A stretch of DNA of 64,000 nucleotides from the NCBI GenBank assembly GCA_034780895.1, contig JAUZTB010000107.1, positions 17,820,912 through 17,884,911 on the forward strand, in the 5' to 3' direction. The position numbers were made by a program, and so were the translations under genes. This stretch comes from Rhynchobatus australiae (taxonomy: Eukaryota). The notes under the pieces are model-generated. The model saw only the letters and a program-made list of their open reading frames with translations, had not been told where the DNA came from and ran no database searches. This document shows, in pieces, positions 1 through 11,866 of the stretch; positions within the stretch are counted from its first letter, which is position 1, and each line of letters starts with the position of its first letter.

Positions 1-540
1 CTTCCTTCCCAATAATACAGTGGGTGTATTTTCACCAGAAGGACTGCAGCGGTTGAAGAAAATGGGTCACTCAGACCTTCTTGGGAACCATTAGGAATGG
101 CCAATAACACCTGGCCTTGCCAATGATGCCCACATTCTGAAAAATGAATAAACAAAAACGTGCAACTTTTTCCAGTCACTTGTAGGAGGATCATGGTTGA
201 ACAGCAACATTTCACAAGTATTTCGCAACCTATCGTTCTCCGGTTCACCCTTCCATCTCCCCCAGTCGCATCCTTTTTCACAGCACTTTCCAATGTAATC
301 CCACCACCTGGAAGTTGCCCTCCAAGCCACACACCATCTTGCCTTATCGCCGTTCTTTCACCATCGCTGGGTCAAAATCCTGGATCACTCTATCTGAAAG
401 CATTATGTATATACCCAGACCTCAAGAACTACAGTGGTTCAAAAAGGCAGCTCATCAGCACCTTCTCAAGGGCAACTAGGGATGGGCAATTAAATGCTGG
501 GTCCACCTGTGAAGCCGACATCCCTTCAGTGTATAAAAAA
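1..540 (+). mobile_element. Two adjacent degenerate LINE 3' ends (CR1/L2 superfamily)
   Basis: The related tail ...ggactgcagcggtt...cttct..gg..a.tagg.atgg.caata...tgg.c...cacat.c...aaaa occurs at 1-150 and again at ~340-540, each ending in an A-rich tail. Confidence 0.6.
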
Positions 541-589
541 AAGATGATGAGAGATACAAGATCTGTCCTTTTATGTCTTCCCTTCGCAC

Positions 590-1030
590 CATTCCAGAAC
601 TTCCTGTGACTTTAATTCTCCATCCCAGTTCCACTCTGACGTCTGACTTCATCTCGTTTATTGCTGCAATGATGCCCAGTGTTACCTTGAGGACTGGCAC
701 CTCACCTTCCATCTGAATTTAACAATTTCAAGTTATCACCCTTTTTTCTCTTTCCCCACAGGTATGGCTGTACCTTTCCGCTGCAACTTCTTTTCTCTTC
801 TGTGGCTAACACCGGTTTCTAACGTAATTGTTTCCAAGACTGCATTGGCCTGCCCCCATCACAAGCACTCCCTCTGTTCCCTCCATCTCTCCCACTCTCT
901 GCAATTTAGTACAAGCCTGTTTATTTACTTTCTCAATTTGGATGAGGGCAAGTTGATCTGAAACATCAACTCGGGTTTCTCTCCCCACAGATGCTGCCTG
1001 ACCTGCCAAATATTTCCAGCATTTTTTTGG
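590..1030 (+). mobile_element. Penelope-like element 3' remnant (GIY-YIG end plus pLTR)
   Basis: Decayed PELPV.FNSPS...HL.F...EFNNF coding signature, followed by the pLTR motif ...gatga...ctgaaacatcaac...cacagatgctgcctgacctgc...tttccagcatttt. Confidence 0.6.
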
Positions 1031-1494
1031 TTTCACATGAGATCATCAAGATGACTGAAAGGAGCACAGTGTATCAAAGCAATTGATAGTGCAGCCTGGA
1101 AAACAACCAAATGTTTTCTTATGTTCTGATCATCCGGCATGACCAGACAAGGGGAAGAAAAGATCACCCACATTCATCACAACTTGTGAGAATACTCTGT
1201 TCAATTATCAGATCTCCCCTCTGATCCTGACCATGTTCCATGGTGTCAATAGAACACAACTGTGTGTCAAACCATCCACAAACATGTTTACATTCCCATT
1301 TGCAAACTGAGCCTCCATTGTAACCTCACCCGCATCTCCCTGTTCAAATGCACAACTGGAATGCCTCTGTTTACAGCACCTATCGTCATTATTCATGTTC
1401 TGTCACTCAGCTGCATGTACAACCTACGGAGGCCCTTCCTGCTGTCTGAATTTTTTTCCAGATAACCCAGAATGAAAGGCAGGTTTCTTTAGTA

Positions 1495-1778
1495 CAGCGG
1501 CACGGTAGTGTAGCGCCTAGCATAACGCTATTACAGCGCCAGCGACCCACGTTCAATTCCCGCCGCCGTCTGTAAGGAGTTCTCCAAGGGAATTCTCCCT
1601 GTGTGTCTGCGTGGGTTTCCCCCAGGTGCTCCAGTTTCCTCCCACATTCCACAGGTTAGGAGCTGTGGGCCTGCTATGTTGGTGCCGGAAGACTGGCGAC
1701 ACTTGAGAGCTGTCCACAACACATTCTCAGTAACGCAAAAAGATGCATGTGACTAATAAATAAGTATCTTATCTTATC
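1495..1778 (+). mobile_element. tRNA-derived V-SINE (HE1-like), near full length
   Basis: tRNA-like head with a B-box (gttcaattccc), V-domain core tgtctgcgtgggtttcc...gtgctccagtttcctcccaca, and a (tctta)n tail. Confidence 0.8.
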
Positions 1779-1865
1779 AAGTGTTCTATCCCATGAGGAA
1801 AAAACTCTGGAGGTATTGGGAGACCCACAGCTGGATACTGGAACTGGAGCCTAGAGGAAAAGTAC

Positions 1866-1944
1866 CAGCTGTGTGTTCTCCGATGCTTTCTTTGCTGCTT
1901 TTTCCTGCTGCTTTTGCAGTCTGTTATTGTAATGCCTCTGCCTC
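1866..1944 (-). CDS. Candidate exon of an unidentified gene, RQRHYNNRLQKQQEKAAKKASENTQL
   Basis: Strong acceptor ctgtttttctatatcttatctacag|, donor CTG|gtactt, purine-rich exon-like composition, helical charged peptide. Confidence 0.35.
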
Positions 1945-2092
1945 CTGTAGATAAGATATAGAAAAACAGGTAGAGATCTGGCTCTTTCTGCTGTGGAGTA
2001 TATCCCCTGCCCTGTGTGTGTCTGTCGATGGAGAGTGAAATCACAGACACTCACAGCTCGAATTCTCACTTTGCCTTCTCACTTTGCCTCAC

Positions 2093-2202
2093 CACAGAAT
2101 GGAGCCCCTTTCTGTTTCAGTGTGAACAAATGGACGTCCTTGGACAGGCAGGTAGGACTCTGGAGAACCTAGAGACTCCCGTGGCACTTCTCGTGTTGAG
2201 AC
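2093..2202 (-). CDS. Candidate exon of an unidentified gene, VSTREVPRESLGSPESYLPVQGRPFVHTETERGSIL(W)
   Basis: Weak acceptor gaaag|, donor TG|gtgagg, open frame, phase-compatible with exon 1866-1944. Confidence 0.3.
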
Positions 2203-3471
2203 CTTTCATTCATTAGAAAACTTCAGAAATCTCATGCCAGAGTATGCAAAGCGTCAGCCATTCCCAAAGGCATCTGTGCTCAACTAACTAAGTCTGTTCC
2301 ATATCATCCTGAAAGGACCTTGAAGCAAAAGCATGAGCGGAGATGTGCATTGGCAGTGTAATGATAGAGGTTGATGATTTCTTTGTGGAAGTCCAGTCTC
2401 TGTAGGGGCCACTTCTATATTGGGATCCAGTAGATCATCACAGTCTGTAGCCCCAGGAGACAGGATGCCATAGAGGGGATGGGATAGAGGGCATTGGTCC
2501 AAGGATAGAAAGACAACCCTACAGATGGGTGGAGGCTGAGGGACAGCTGCTGAGTAGCATAGCAAAGGGAACTTGCAATTTGTAGTGTTCCCATATGTCT
2601 ACTGCCCTTGTCCTGTTTAGTAGAGGTTTAGTGTAGGAGGTCCTGTCATAATAGCCAAGGTGCATTTTGTAAATGGCATACATTGCAGCTACTACTAGCT
2701 AATGATGGAAGGAGTGAATGCTGAGGATGGTGGATGAGTTGCTAATCAAGTGGATGCTTTGCCCTTAACCAGCCAAGTGGAGAGTTTACCATCATTCCCC
2801 TAACGTGCTTTGCATTTCATGGAGGACTGGGAGATAACTCCTTGGAGATGATTGCAAATAGATAAATTGATAAAATCTATGAAAGGCTGAGGTAATTCAT
2901 TGCATTTTATTTATAGAGGCATAACATGCAGATATAAAGACAAGTGATGAATTTGTACTACGCAGTTCTGAGTGCCAAATTATATGCCATTAATGCAGTT
3001 GGGAATGGTCAGTCGAGCTTTAACAAGGATGGGAAATAATGGTTATAAGAGAAGCACACCAGAAGTGGGTATATCCATTAAGAGGTTGATTGAGTAAATG
3101 GAGAAAGATTGTTTCCTTTAGTTTGAAATTCAGTGATAAGGAGTCATTAATTAAAAATTATTACTGAGAGTGAGGAGAGAGGTTGAAAGAAATTTCTTCG
3201 TAGAAGGAACTTTTGAAGCATTGATTGCTTTTCCCCTGGTAGGCCAAGTCCATCTTCTAAGGGAATGCTGGAAGAAAATTTGAAACGGATTAATATTTTG
3301 ACAATGGTGCACTGCTGTTGGGAAATAGGAGGGCAGTTTGAGACCCACGTGTCTGAGTGAGCAGCGATTTGACATCACTGAATTTCTCTGGTCCTCTGTT
3401 CAATTAATCTTCCATGCTTTCTATCATCACAGGAATTACCCTGTCTCCAAACCCCTACCCCTCCCACCACC

Positions 3472-3481
3472 CACACACACA

Positions 3482-3525
<44 letters not shown>

Positions 3526-3705
3526 AAAGCACAAATACACCACACACACAGGAAAGTGCACACACACTGACACAAACGCACCACGCACACACAAAAGCAG
3601 ACACACAGACACAAACACCACACACACACACACAGTGCACATGCTGACACACACATGCACAAGTGCACCACACAAAAAAGCGTACACATAGACATGCACA
3701 CACAC
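3472..3705. repeat. (CA)n microsatellite with a degenerate CA-rich extension
   Basis: Pure CA run at ~3484-3523, then interrupted CA repeats. This produces the spurious HT/VC ORFs. Confidence 0.95.
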
Positions 3706-4639
3706 TTTTAAAATTTGCTTTACCTCTCACTTTTCCCAGTTCTGATGAAGAGCCTATGAACATGATTTTTCTTCTCTCCAGAGATGCCACCTGACCTGGG
3801 AATACGCAGCATTTTGAAGGAGCAAAGGAGCAGGAGGTGAGTTCATAGATGGGATGAGTGTAGCAAGAGCAAATGTGAAATTGGGAAGAAACGAGTTACA
3901 GAGACTGGCTGAGTTTTAGAGTAACATGTCGTTTGACAGACAAAGGGAAAGGGGAATCTCAATTTAGTGAAAACAAAATCCAAGAGCTCTGCAAACATCA
4001 AAGTTAAAGTTGGCTGAGCCAGGGAGAGAGATGGAAGGAGGCATAAAAGAAACATACATAAAGCTGCTAATGCAATCAAAGCTAAGAAATTTGCCTATAA
4101 AGCAGAAACCAAGTCTAAACCTGCACAGGTAATTAAGTGGTATCTGAGCCACTGCTCTGTTTAAACAGAAATCTCATTAATATAGTGTCCAACTGACTGA
4201 AGTTACAGACAGTTACACGCAGGAAGAAATCACATGAAACCCTTGAAGAAAAATAATTCTGCTGACTGGGAAATGTGTACACCCCACCCACCCACCTGGA
4301 GCAGACGTGAGAGGAAAACTCAGAACCGACAAAGGAACTGAATCATGGAAATCATGAGAAAACGATTAAGGATCCAGTCACTTTCATGATTGTTGGTTAA
4401 TGTAAACTAAGCAATTCACATGTAATAAATGAATTAATTAATTTTTTAAAAATGAATGAATTTCTAAAAATTCCTTTTGAAAAAGAAGTAAAATTTGTTT
4501 TAACATTACTTCCAGTGAAGTGTAATGAGTGTATGATGAGGTCTTGGAATAAAGAGAAATTAACCATGAGCTTACATTTGATACATCTCCCCACATCTTA
4601 ATTTTATGGGGTTAATTGTCAATTGATGTCTTTCTCATA

Positions 4640-4960
4640 CATTTCCTTGCAGCAAAAGAGGCTATTCAGCCCATCAAGTCAATACCATCTCCCAGAGTAG
4701 TCCTGCTTAAATCTCCCGCAATTTATTCTCTCTCAAATATCCATCAATTCTCCTCAATTCAGCAGTTACCAACACTAAGTGCAATTTACAGCATTGGGTA
4801 AGCCTGCCAGCGTGAGTTCAGGATGTGGATGGAAACCAGAGCACCCAAGGGAACCCAAGCAGTCACAGTAAGAAAACACAAGCTCCTTACCAAAGTCACT
4901 ATGTGCCTAGTTCACTGAAACAGTGTGGCAGCAACATTAATGCTGTACCACTGTGTCTTT
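4640..4960 (-). mobile_element. Degenerate V-SINE
   Basis: Reverse-complemented V-domain (gatggaaaccagagcacccaagggaacccaagcagtcacag) and tRNA-like head (gctgtaccactgtg). Confidence 0.6.
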
Positions 4961-5316
4961 CCTTTCATTCAGTGTCCCTTCATGGTTAGCGGGATGAGTT
5001 GTAGTCGCTAGTTTACCCACTTGTTATTAGCGAGAGTCTAGGGGAGAACACAACTGAACACAGTTAGCCTCTGAAAAAGCTGGAATTCTTCGTGGCTAAT
5101 CACAAGAAGATCATTTCAGCTCACCCATTGCTTAGTTGGCTACATGACGTATAATCTGGGGCTTCACAGAGAATAGCCCTGGATAAGTAAAGTTTTTTAG
5201 AACATGCCCACCTTAGCCCAGCTCCTAGATTCTATTTGGCAATGTGAGGCCCAGGAAAAACTTCTAACTTTCAGGAGATTCCATTAGTTTTTTGTTTGGG
5301 ATGAGAGTTTTTTTCT

Positions 5317-5927
5317 CATAGAATCATAGAACAGTACAGTACAATACAGGCCCTTCAGCCCACAGTGTTGTGCCGACCTTTAAACCACGCCTGACTATCT
5401 AACCCCTACCTCCCCCATATCCCTCTATTTTAAATTCCTCCGTATGCTTATCTAGCAATCTCTTGAATTTGTCCAATGTACCTGCCTCCATCACCGCCCC
5501 AGGTAGCGCATTCCATGCCCCAACCACTCTCTNNNNNNNNNNNNNNNNNNNNNNNNNNNNNNNNNNNNNNNNNNNNNNNNNNNNNNNNNNNNNNNNNNNN
5601 NNNNNNNNNNNNNNNNNNNNNNNNNNNNNNNNTCCCTACACAGACTATAATTCTCTAAATTCCCGCGGATCCTATCTCTAAGAATCCTTTCCAACAGCTT
5701 GCCCACCACGGATGTAAGGCTCACTGGTCTATAATTTCCTGGACTCTCCCTACTACCTTTTTTGAAAAAGGGGACAACATTTGCCACCCTCCAATTCTCC
5801 GGTGCCATTCCTGTGGACAACAAGGACTCAAAGATCCCAGCCAACTGTTCAGCAATCTCCTCTCTCACCTCGCGGAGCAGCCTGGGGAATATTCTGTCAG
5901 GCTCTGGGGACTTACCTGTCCTAAACA
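5317..5927 (-). mobile_element. CR1-type LINE fragment (3' tail plus RT N-terminal region, split by a gap)
   Basis: ORF 5491-5928 GKSPEPD...WRVANVVPFFKKG...NYRPVSLTSVVGKLLE. The tail (catagaat)n lies at 5317. Confidence 0.85.
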
Positions 5928-6195
5928 TTTATTTAAATACTGCCCTTCACAGAGGAACCCAGATAAAAATTCGGATCATTAAACTGAAACCTTTCTCACT
6001 CCACAGATGCTGACTGACCCACAGAGATTTTGAAGTATTTTCTGGTTTTATTTCAGATTTCCAGCATTTAAGGTATTTATTTTACTTCTGGTCAGATATA
6101 TATTGTCTCCTGAAACTCATGCTGCAAGAAGAGCATTTGGAATAAGGAGGTCAGATGAGGAAGCAAAAAAATCTCAGGTCAGATGAATAGGCTAT

Positions 6196-6255
6196 GCCAC
6201 TTAGCACGATGCTATTACAGCACCAGCGACCCGGGTTCGATTCCCGCCACTGCCT
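6196..6255 (+). mobile_element. 5' head of a V-SINE running into a gap
   Basis: Matches the 1495 copy and has the B-box gggttcgattccc. Confidence 0.7.
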
Positions 6256-8044
6256 NNNNNNNNNNNNNNNNNNNNNNNNNNNNNNNNNNNNNNNNNNNNN
6301 NNNNNNNNNNNNNNNNNNNNNNNNNNNNNNNNNNNNNNNNNNNNNNNNNNNNNNNNNNNNNNNTGCAAGAGCACCCTTCTGAAACAAAGCTGGTCAGTCA
6401 CCATATTAGTAAAGGGGTTAGTACCTGTGTAGATAACAGCCACCATATTTGTATGGAGTAGATAGATTTGGATGCTTGTAACTGCTGATTGAATCTAAGT
6501 TTTTGTTTCTTTATAAGAAGTTTATACTACTGGATGTAATGACCTTGAATGTAAAAGTTTTGCACTATTTCTTCCTTTGTATATATTTTTTATTATGAAT
6601 ATAGCTTAAAAAAAGCTGTGCCCTCCCAAAAATGCCCCACAATAGAAAACTGCCCAGGCATCTGACTTGTGCTCCTGAATGGGATCATCACCTACTTTCA
6701 GGTCAGTTGCTGGTTTATTTCTTACTGCTGTTGCTCAAATGCAAGTACTTTGACTTTTCCAAGTCTATTGAAGGGTCAAGTGGCAGGTCATCCTGTTGTT
6801 GATATACTTTTTGTTTTGGTAATTTTAAAACTGTACCTTAATCTATTATTGTCAGTATTTGATTTATTGGCTGTGATTATGCAGTTCACAGTGTGTCCAC
6901 TTCTACAATGTGATATTGCAATCTACCTCTGCTTAGAGTGGCCGAGGGTTTAGATGTGGTGAGGACTAAGGGGGGAGTAAATATGTGCGTGTACCGTCAC
7001 CTGTAAGGCATAAGAGACTTGAAGGAAGGTGGAGAAGTGGGACATGAGGAGGATGACTAGGTGTGAAGATACTACCACTCGTGGTCATTCCCTCAGCAAC
7101 AACTTCAGCCACAATGGCCGGTATCATCTTTGTGGGGAAACAAATGGGCACCTCTCTCTTTCCAGTTAGCTCCGCCTGCCTCTGGTTGTGTGTCACCTCC
7201 CTCAACAGAGAGGAAAGTACTTCAGGGGGCATCACCCATTTTGCTTGGGCTTTCATTAATTAAAGAGCTAACCAGTGTGTGTTGAGCATGTGAGGTTTAC
7301 AATGGTCTGAGGAAGCTGGAGAATGTAAAGTATCTGAGTCCTGATTGATAAGAAATTGCTGATGGGTGAATGGTGGGGCTGTGTAGCGGCTGAGGGACAG
7401 ATGAAATTGGTAGGATATGTGATTCGAATCATCTGCTGATCTTGCCAACACTTGTGAAGGTATGAACACTGCATCGTGTTCTCAGAACAGCACTCCTCAT
7501 GTTAACTCGACAGTGATTTGCTCCCTTTGTCCTGCCCTTCACTGGAAAGGCCTCTTCCCCTTGAGGGGAAAGGACCTTCCTCCTTTTTACTTCTCCACCA
7601 ACTCCCAGTCCAGTGACTGAGAACAGTGAGGTGCCTCCACCCCACCCCACCCCACNNNNNNNNNNNNNNNNNNNNNNNNNNNNNNNNNNNNNNNNNNNNN
7701 NNNNNNNNNNNNNNNNNNNNNNNNNNNNNNNNNNNNNNNNNNNNNNNNNNNNNNNNNNNNNNNNNNNNNNNNNNNNNNNNNNNNNNNNNNNNNNNNNNNN
7801 NNNNNNNNNNNNNNNNNNNNNNNNNNNNNNNNNNNNNNNNNNNNNNNNNNNNNNNNNNNNNNNNNNNNNNNNNNNNNNNNNNNNNNNNNNNNNNNNNNNN
7901 NNNNNNNNNNNNNNNNNNNNNNNNNNNNNNNNNNNNNNNNNNNNNNNNNNNNNNNNNNCAGCATGGAATCCATGTGCTGGACAACAAGGCATTAATGGAG
8001 CCAAATGAGGGCCAGAACTCAGAACCATGACAGAAGTAATGACC

Positions 8045-8280
8045 ATAAGAACAAAGAACAACACAAGAACAGATCCTTCGATCCACCATGTCTGCACCAA
8101 CCAAGATTCCAATCTGACTAATCGATCTGCCTGCATATGATCCATATCCCCCTATTCCCTGCCTGTTCATGTATCTGTCTAAATGCCTCTTAAACATTGC
8201 TATCATATTTACTTCCACCACTTCCCATGGCAGCACATTCCAGCACCTCCAACACCCTGTGCAAAAAACCTGCCACACAA
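8045..8280 (-). mobile_element. CR1 3' end
   Basis: WNVLPWEVVE...FKRHLDRYM in ORF 7502-8371 is the CR1 ORF2 C-terminus. Confidence 0.75.
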
Positions 8281-8916
8281 ATCTAAACATGAAAACATCG
8301 AACTTGAAGCAGAAGTTGGCCATTTCACCATTCAATAAGATCATGGCTATTTTTGATCCAATACATAACAATTCCAGTTTTAGAATGTTTAATATACATT
8401 AGCACCTCCAGGCCTCTGGCTAAATGGCATAAGAGAGGAGCAGTGATTATCTCTCCTGTGTAGCTTGGCTGACTTCCCATAATTGGATACTTCTTAACAA
8501 TTACTGTGTAAATGTCACACTGTTTAAAGTTTTGCAAAAAAGCTACCTTCTATTCAAATTGCTTTCTTGTTGCTGACTTTTTTTAATGGCTTATTTTCCT
8601 GTGTCATTGTATCTAGGTTGTATCACATCCAAAATAAAAGTCTCCTTGGGTACTTGTAGTATGCCTAGGCTTTTATAAACAGGCACAACATTAAAGAAAT
8701 CTCAAGGAAATAGCAGAGGAATGAAATGAATGTGCCATATGCTACTGGCATAGAAACAGAATGAGTGGTATCAGATGCCATACATAAAGCCACACAGATC
8801 AATAGGAAGACTGATTTGGCTACACAAGGACCAACATTCAATTCCAGGTCCTGCTTTGAATGGGTACAGTGGAATTATTACTCTTCCCTGACATGGTAGA
8901 CAAGGGAACATTGATG

Positions 8917-9062
8917 TCAGGTTAGGAGCTGTGGGCATGATATGTTGGCACCGGAAGAGTGGCGACACTTGCGGGATGCCCCCAGCACATTCTGAGTAAC
9001 GCAAAAAAACACATTTCACCGTATATTTCAATGTACATGTGACTAATAAAGATCTTGTCTTA
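8917..9062 (+). mobile_element. 3' half of the same SINE family as 1495-1778
   Basis: caggttaggagctgtgggc...ggcgacacttgcgg...gtgactaataaa...tctt. Tail-only copies also occur at ~10575-10624 and ~21690-21740. Confidence 0.75.
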
Positions 9063-11774
9063 CTGACCGTGATCCATCCATTGAACTGAGAGTGAAAATC
9101 ATTGCTCTTGTCATTTTCATTTTTTCCTTCAGATTAATGGAAAAGTTAGTGTAAAAATGTGGGCATGATGGTCAGTGTGGGCCTGTTTCTGTGATGTATC
9201 CCTCTGACTCCTAACAAGAATGGCTCTGAAATATAACTTTGTATTTATGGCCTATCATTCCCTTAAAATAGAATTTAAAAAATGTTTTAAAGTCATTTTT
9301 AAAAGTTTGCTTATTTCATCTTCTGCTCTAAATTCATTTGCATGTTCAAATCTTAATTTACTTTCAAAAATATATTTGCAAAGGTAAATAAAAGTAAATC
9401 TTACTTCCTGGTTCATTGAGAGAGAGGAACCTTTGGAATTCTATACACAAGATGGCAAAGAGCTTCAATTAACTCCCAGCCTGCTTGACGACATGGTCAA
9501 TTCTGCCAGGGACCCCTCCAGAAAGTGCTTGCTTTCAAACCCAGTGAGAGAAGAGAGAAAAATCAACAGATATTGCTTAATCTTTGTAAGCAGATTTCCT
9601 CAAGGTCACTTTAAGTGCTATCTCATCACCACAGACAAGAAGTTGCAGGTCATTATTCTGCACGGACTTGAGTGCAGGAGCTAAAGTGATACGTGGGGAA
9701 TTACATTTTGGGTTTCATGCAGAGTACAAATATAAATAATGATAAATGTAAATTGGTAACATCACTGAGTGGTGGTTACGATGCCTCTTTAAGAGAACGA
9801 CACGAAAGCTAGAGTTTTCATAGTGTTAACACAACTGGGATGTCTGTGATAAAAGGTCATGAAGAAAAGTTATTACTAACAGAGGAAGGAGACTAAAGAG
9901 GAGAGTTTTTGATGAAAGCATGGAGAGTTTAAAACAGTGATTTTTTTTGTTTAATTTCCCCCACAGGGGGGACTTGAGATAGAGACAATTGCAATTTTAA
10001 ACTTGTAAGAGATGCAGGGCATTGGGCTTGGTTTGGGATGATTTTAGCAAAGGTAATTTATTTACACCAAGTTGGATGCTCCCTTTCTGTGCAATAAACA
10101 TAAGGTTCAGTGTGAAACAAAATTTGTATATTTCTGTAAAAGAAAAAATCTACATTAGTGATAGTCAAAAACCCATAAAACAAATGGCACAACCAGGTTA
10201 TACAATAAATCACTGTAAAAACTGGTATAACGTTGGCTTCGTGCCTGCAATTCCCTTGACATCAAATTTCTAGTCCCAATCGGGCAGTACAGGAAAGCAT
10301 AGAATAAAAACAGACATTTCCCACTGGAATGGAGAGGAAATTGGCAGACAAGACTCTTATGGGCACCTCGGCATTCAGCTGCAGAGCAGTATTGATAGTC
10401 GCCAAGTTGTCCGGATGCCTGTCTTAAAGATGGGAAGAGTGACTGACTTCAGGGCAAATAATTCTTCTATAAAAGGAGAAGATAAAATGCCGAGTTTTTT
10501 TTAATCAAATATATCCACAAATTTAAATAAATATCTTTAAGATCTCACTTGCATGATTTCACCCTTCCCTGACCAATTTCACTGTGTGTTTCAACGTACA
10601 TGTGACTAATAAATATCTTATCTTGTAAAGCTTTCTGGTATCTCCCCTCCCCTACCCAGATATCTGCAATCCTCCAATTCTGGCATTGTTGGCACTCTGA
10701 ATTGCTACTGCCCACCACTGGTGGATGTGCCTTCTGCTAACTGGATCCCAAGTGGATCCTAACTGGATCCTAACTCACTCCCCCAGAACTCCACTGCTCT
10801 CTCACGCTCTCCCTTCAGTGCTTCTCGAAACCACATGGCATCATGCTTTTCATCAACACTCCTATACAGCAGCTTGGGTATGTTTAAGTCATGCTGAGTG
10901 AGTTATGATTTTATTGATAACTCACTGCTACTTTCCTTGAAAGCTTGGGGTGCCTTCATTTTAAGGCTACTCTTCACATCAATGTTGAAGGGCAGTGGAA
11001 AAATGGGAGGGTTAAACCAAAGTTACCTTGTACTGCCACAGCTTATGAGGGTATCATGTTGGTCATTGACAGTTTCATGTGTAAACTTGGTGCAATGCTA
11101 GAATATTCAAAAATATCAAGTGTACCCTGAAGCAGGCAAGGATTGGAGGATGTTATAGAGATCGGAAATGTGAGACCATGATTTAAGTACCAGTATGAAA
11201 TCTTAAATCAAAGTGAAGGAGTATTGGAAGAAAACACATCAGCTTTCATGCACCACGTGCCAGCCATATTCAGGAAATTGGATATTGCATAATGGGTCTT
11301 AATTGGGCATTAATTTCTCTGAGTAAAGAGCCTAATGCACATTTCAGTTATGGACCCTGATGCCTGCCTTTTGCCTACTCTGGTACAGTGGTTGAATGTC
11401 CAGGCCACAATTGAATAGCATGAAATCTACCTTGTCAGATTTTATGAGGAAGTAAGTTTGATGTCTTCTCTTTAACCTGGGAATGTGAATGGGCTAATCA
11501 TTCACTGAAGTACAGAAAAGTAAATGTCTATTAAAAATCTATTGATTTTAATGGAAGTTCTTACCAGAGCACTGGTACCGCATTCCAAATATTTAAAAGA
11601 ACTTGATCTTCATCTGGCACTTGCTGATTGGTTCTCAGGTTAGAAAGGAGAACTCTAGGATGTATTAGAAACAAAAAGTGCTGGAAGTACTCAGTAGGCC
11701 GGGCATCATCAGCAGACAGAAACAGTTAACATTTCGCCAATAATGGGAAAAGTCAGAGGTCTAGTAAATTTATA

Positions 11775-11866
11775 GCTACATGACTATGTGGCTAGGCACA
11801 GCTCAAACGCCATCTAAAAACAACATATTTCATGACAGATGTCAGTGATAATAAACCTGATTCTGA
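11775..11866 (+). mobile_element. Internally deleted Rex1/Babar-type LINE remnant
   Basis: HDYVARHSSNAI-like RT segment fused directly to the gataataaacctgattctga tail. Confidence 0.45.

Noticed and set aside
1495-1570. tRNA-like sequences (also 6196, 25314, 35503)
   Set aside because: These are SINE heads continuing into V-domain sequence, not complete cloverleaf tRNA genes.
2121-2151. Plus-strand 31-nt exon-like segment (tttctgtttcag...CAG|gtagga)
   Set aside because: It has no partner exons or recognisable product, and overlaps the better-supported minus-strand candidate.
2093-2168. Alternative frame VLQSPTCLSKDVHLFTLKQKGAPFC resembling a chemokine segment
   Set aside because: No signal-peptide exon or CC/CXC motif was found, and the resemblance is only a loose Cys spacing.
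3338-3790. Overlapping His/Thr- and Val/Cys-rich ORFs
   Set aside because: These are translations of the (CA)n microsatellite.
5533-5631. CR1 3' tail apparently fused to the RT N-terminal region (internally deleted element?)
   Set aside because: The join is a ~100-N gap. In the copy at 16140-17633 these parts lie ~1.1 kb apart, so the gap probably hides the missing sequence.
7429-8371. Longest ORFs in the track (238 and 289 aa)
   Set aside because: They are open only because they cross a ~300-N gap. The real part is a CR1 tail.
10738-10775. 11-bp tandem triplication (taactggatcc); also a 13-bp duplication at ~2063-2089 and a 17-bp duplication at 23199-23232
   Set aside because: Ordinary slippage-type micro-duplications with no supporting context.
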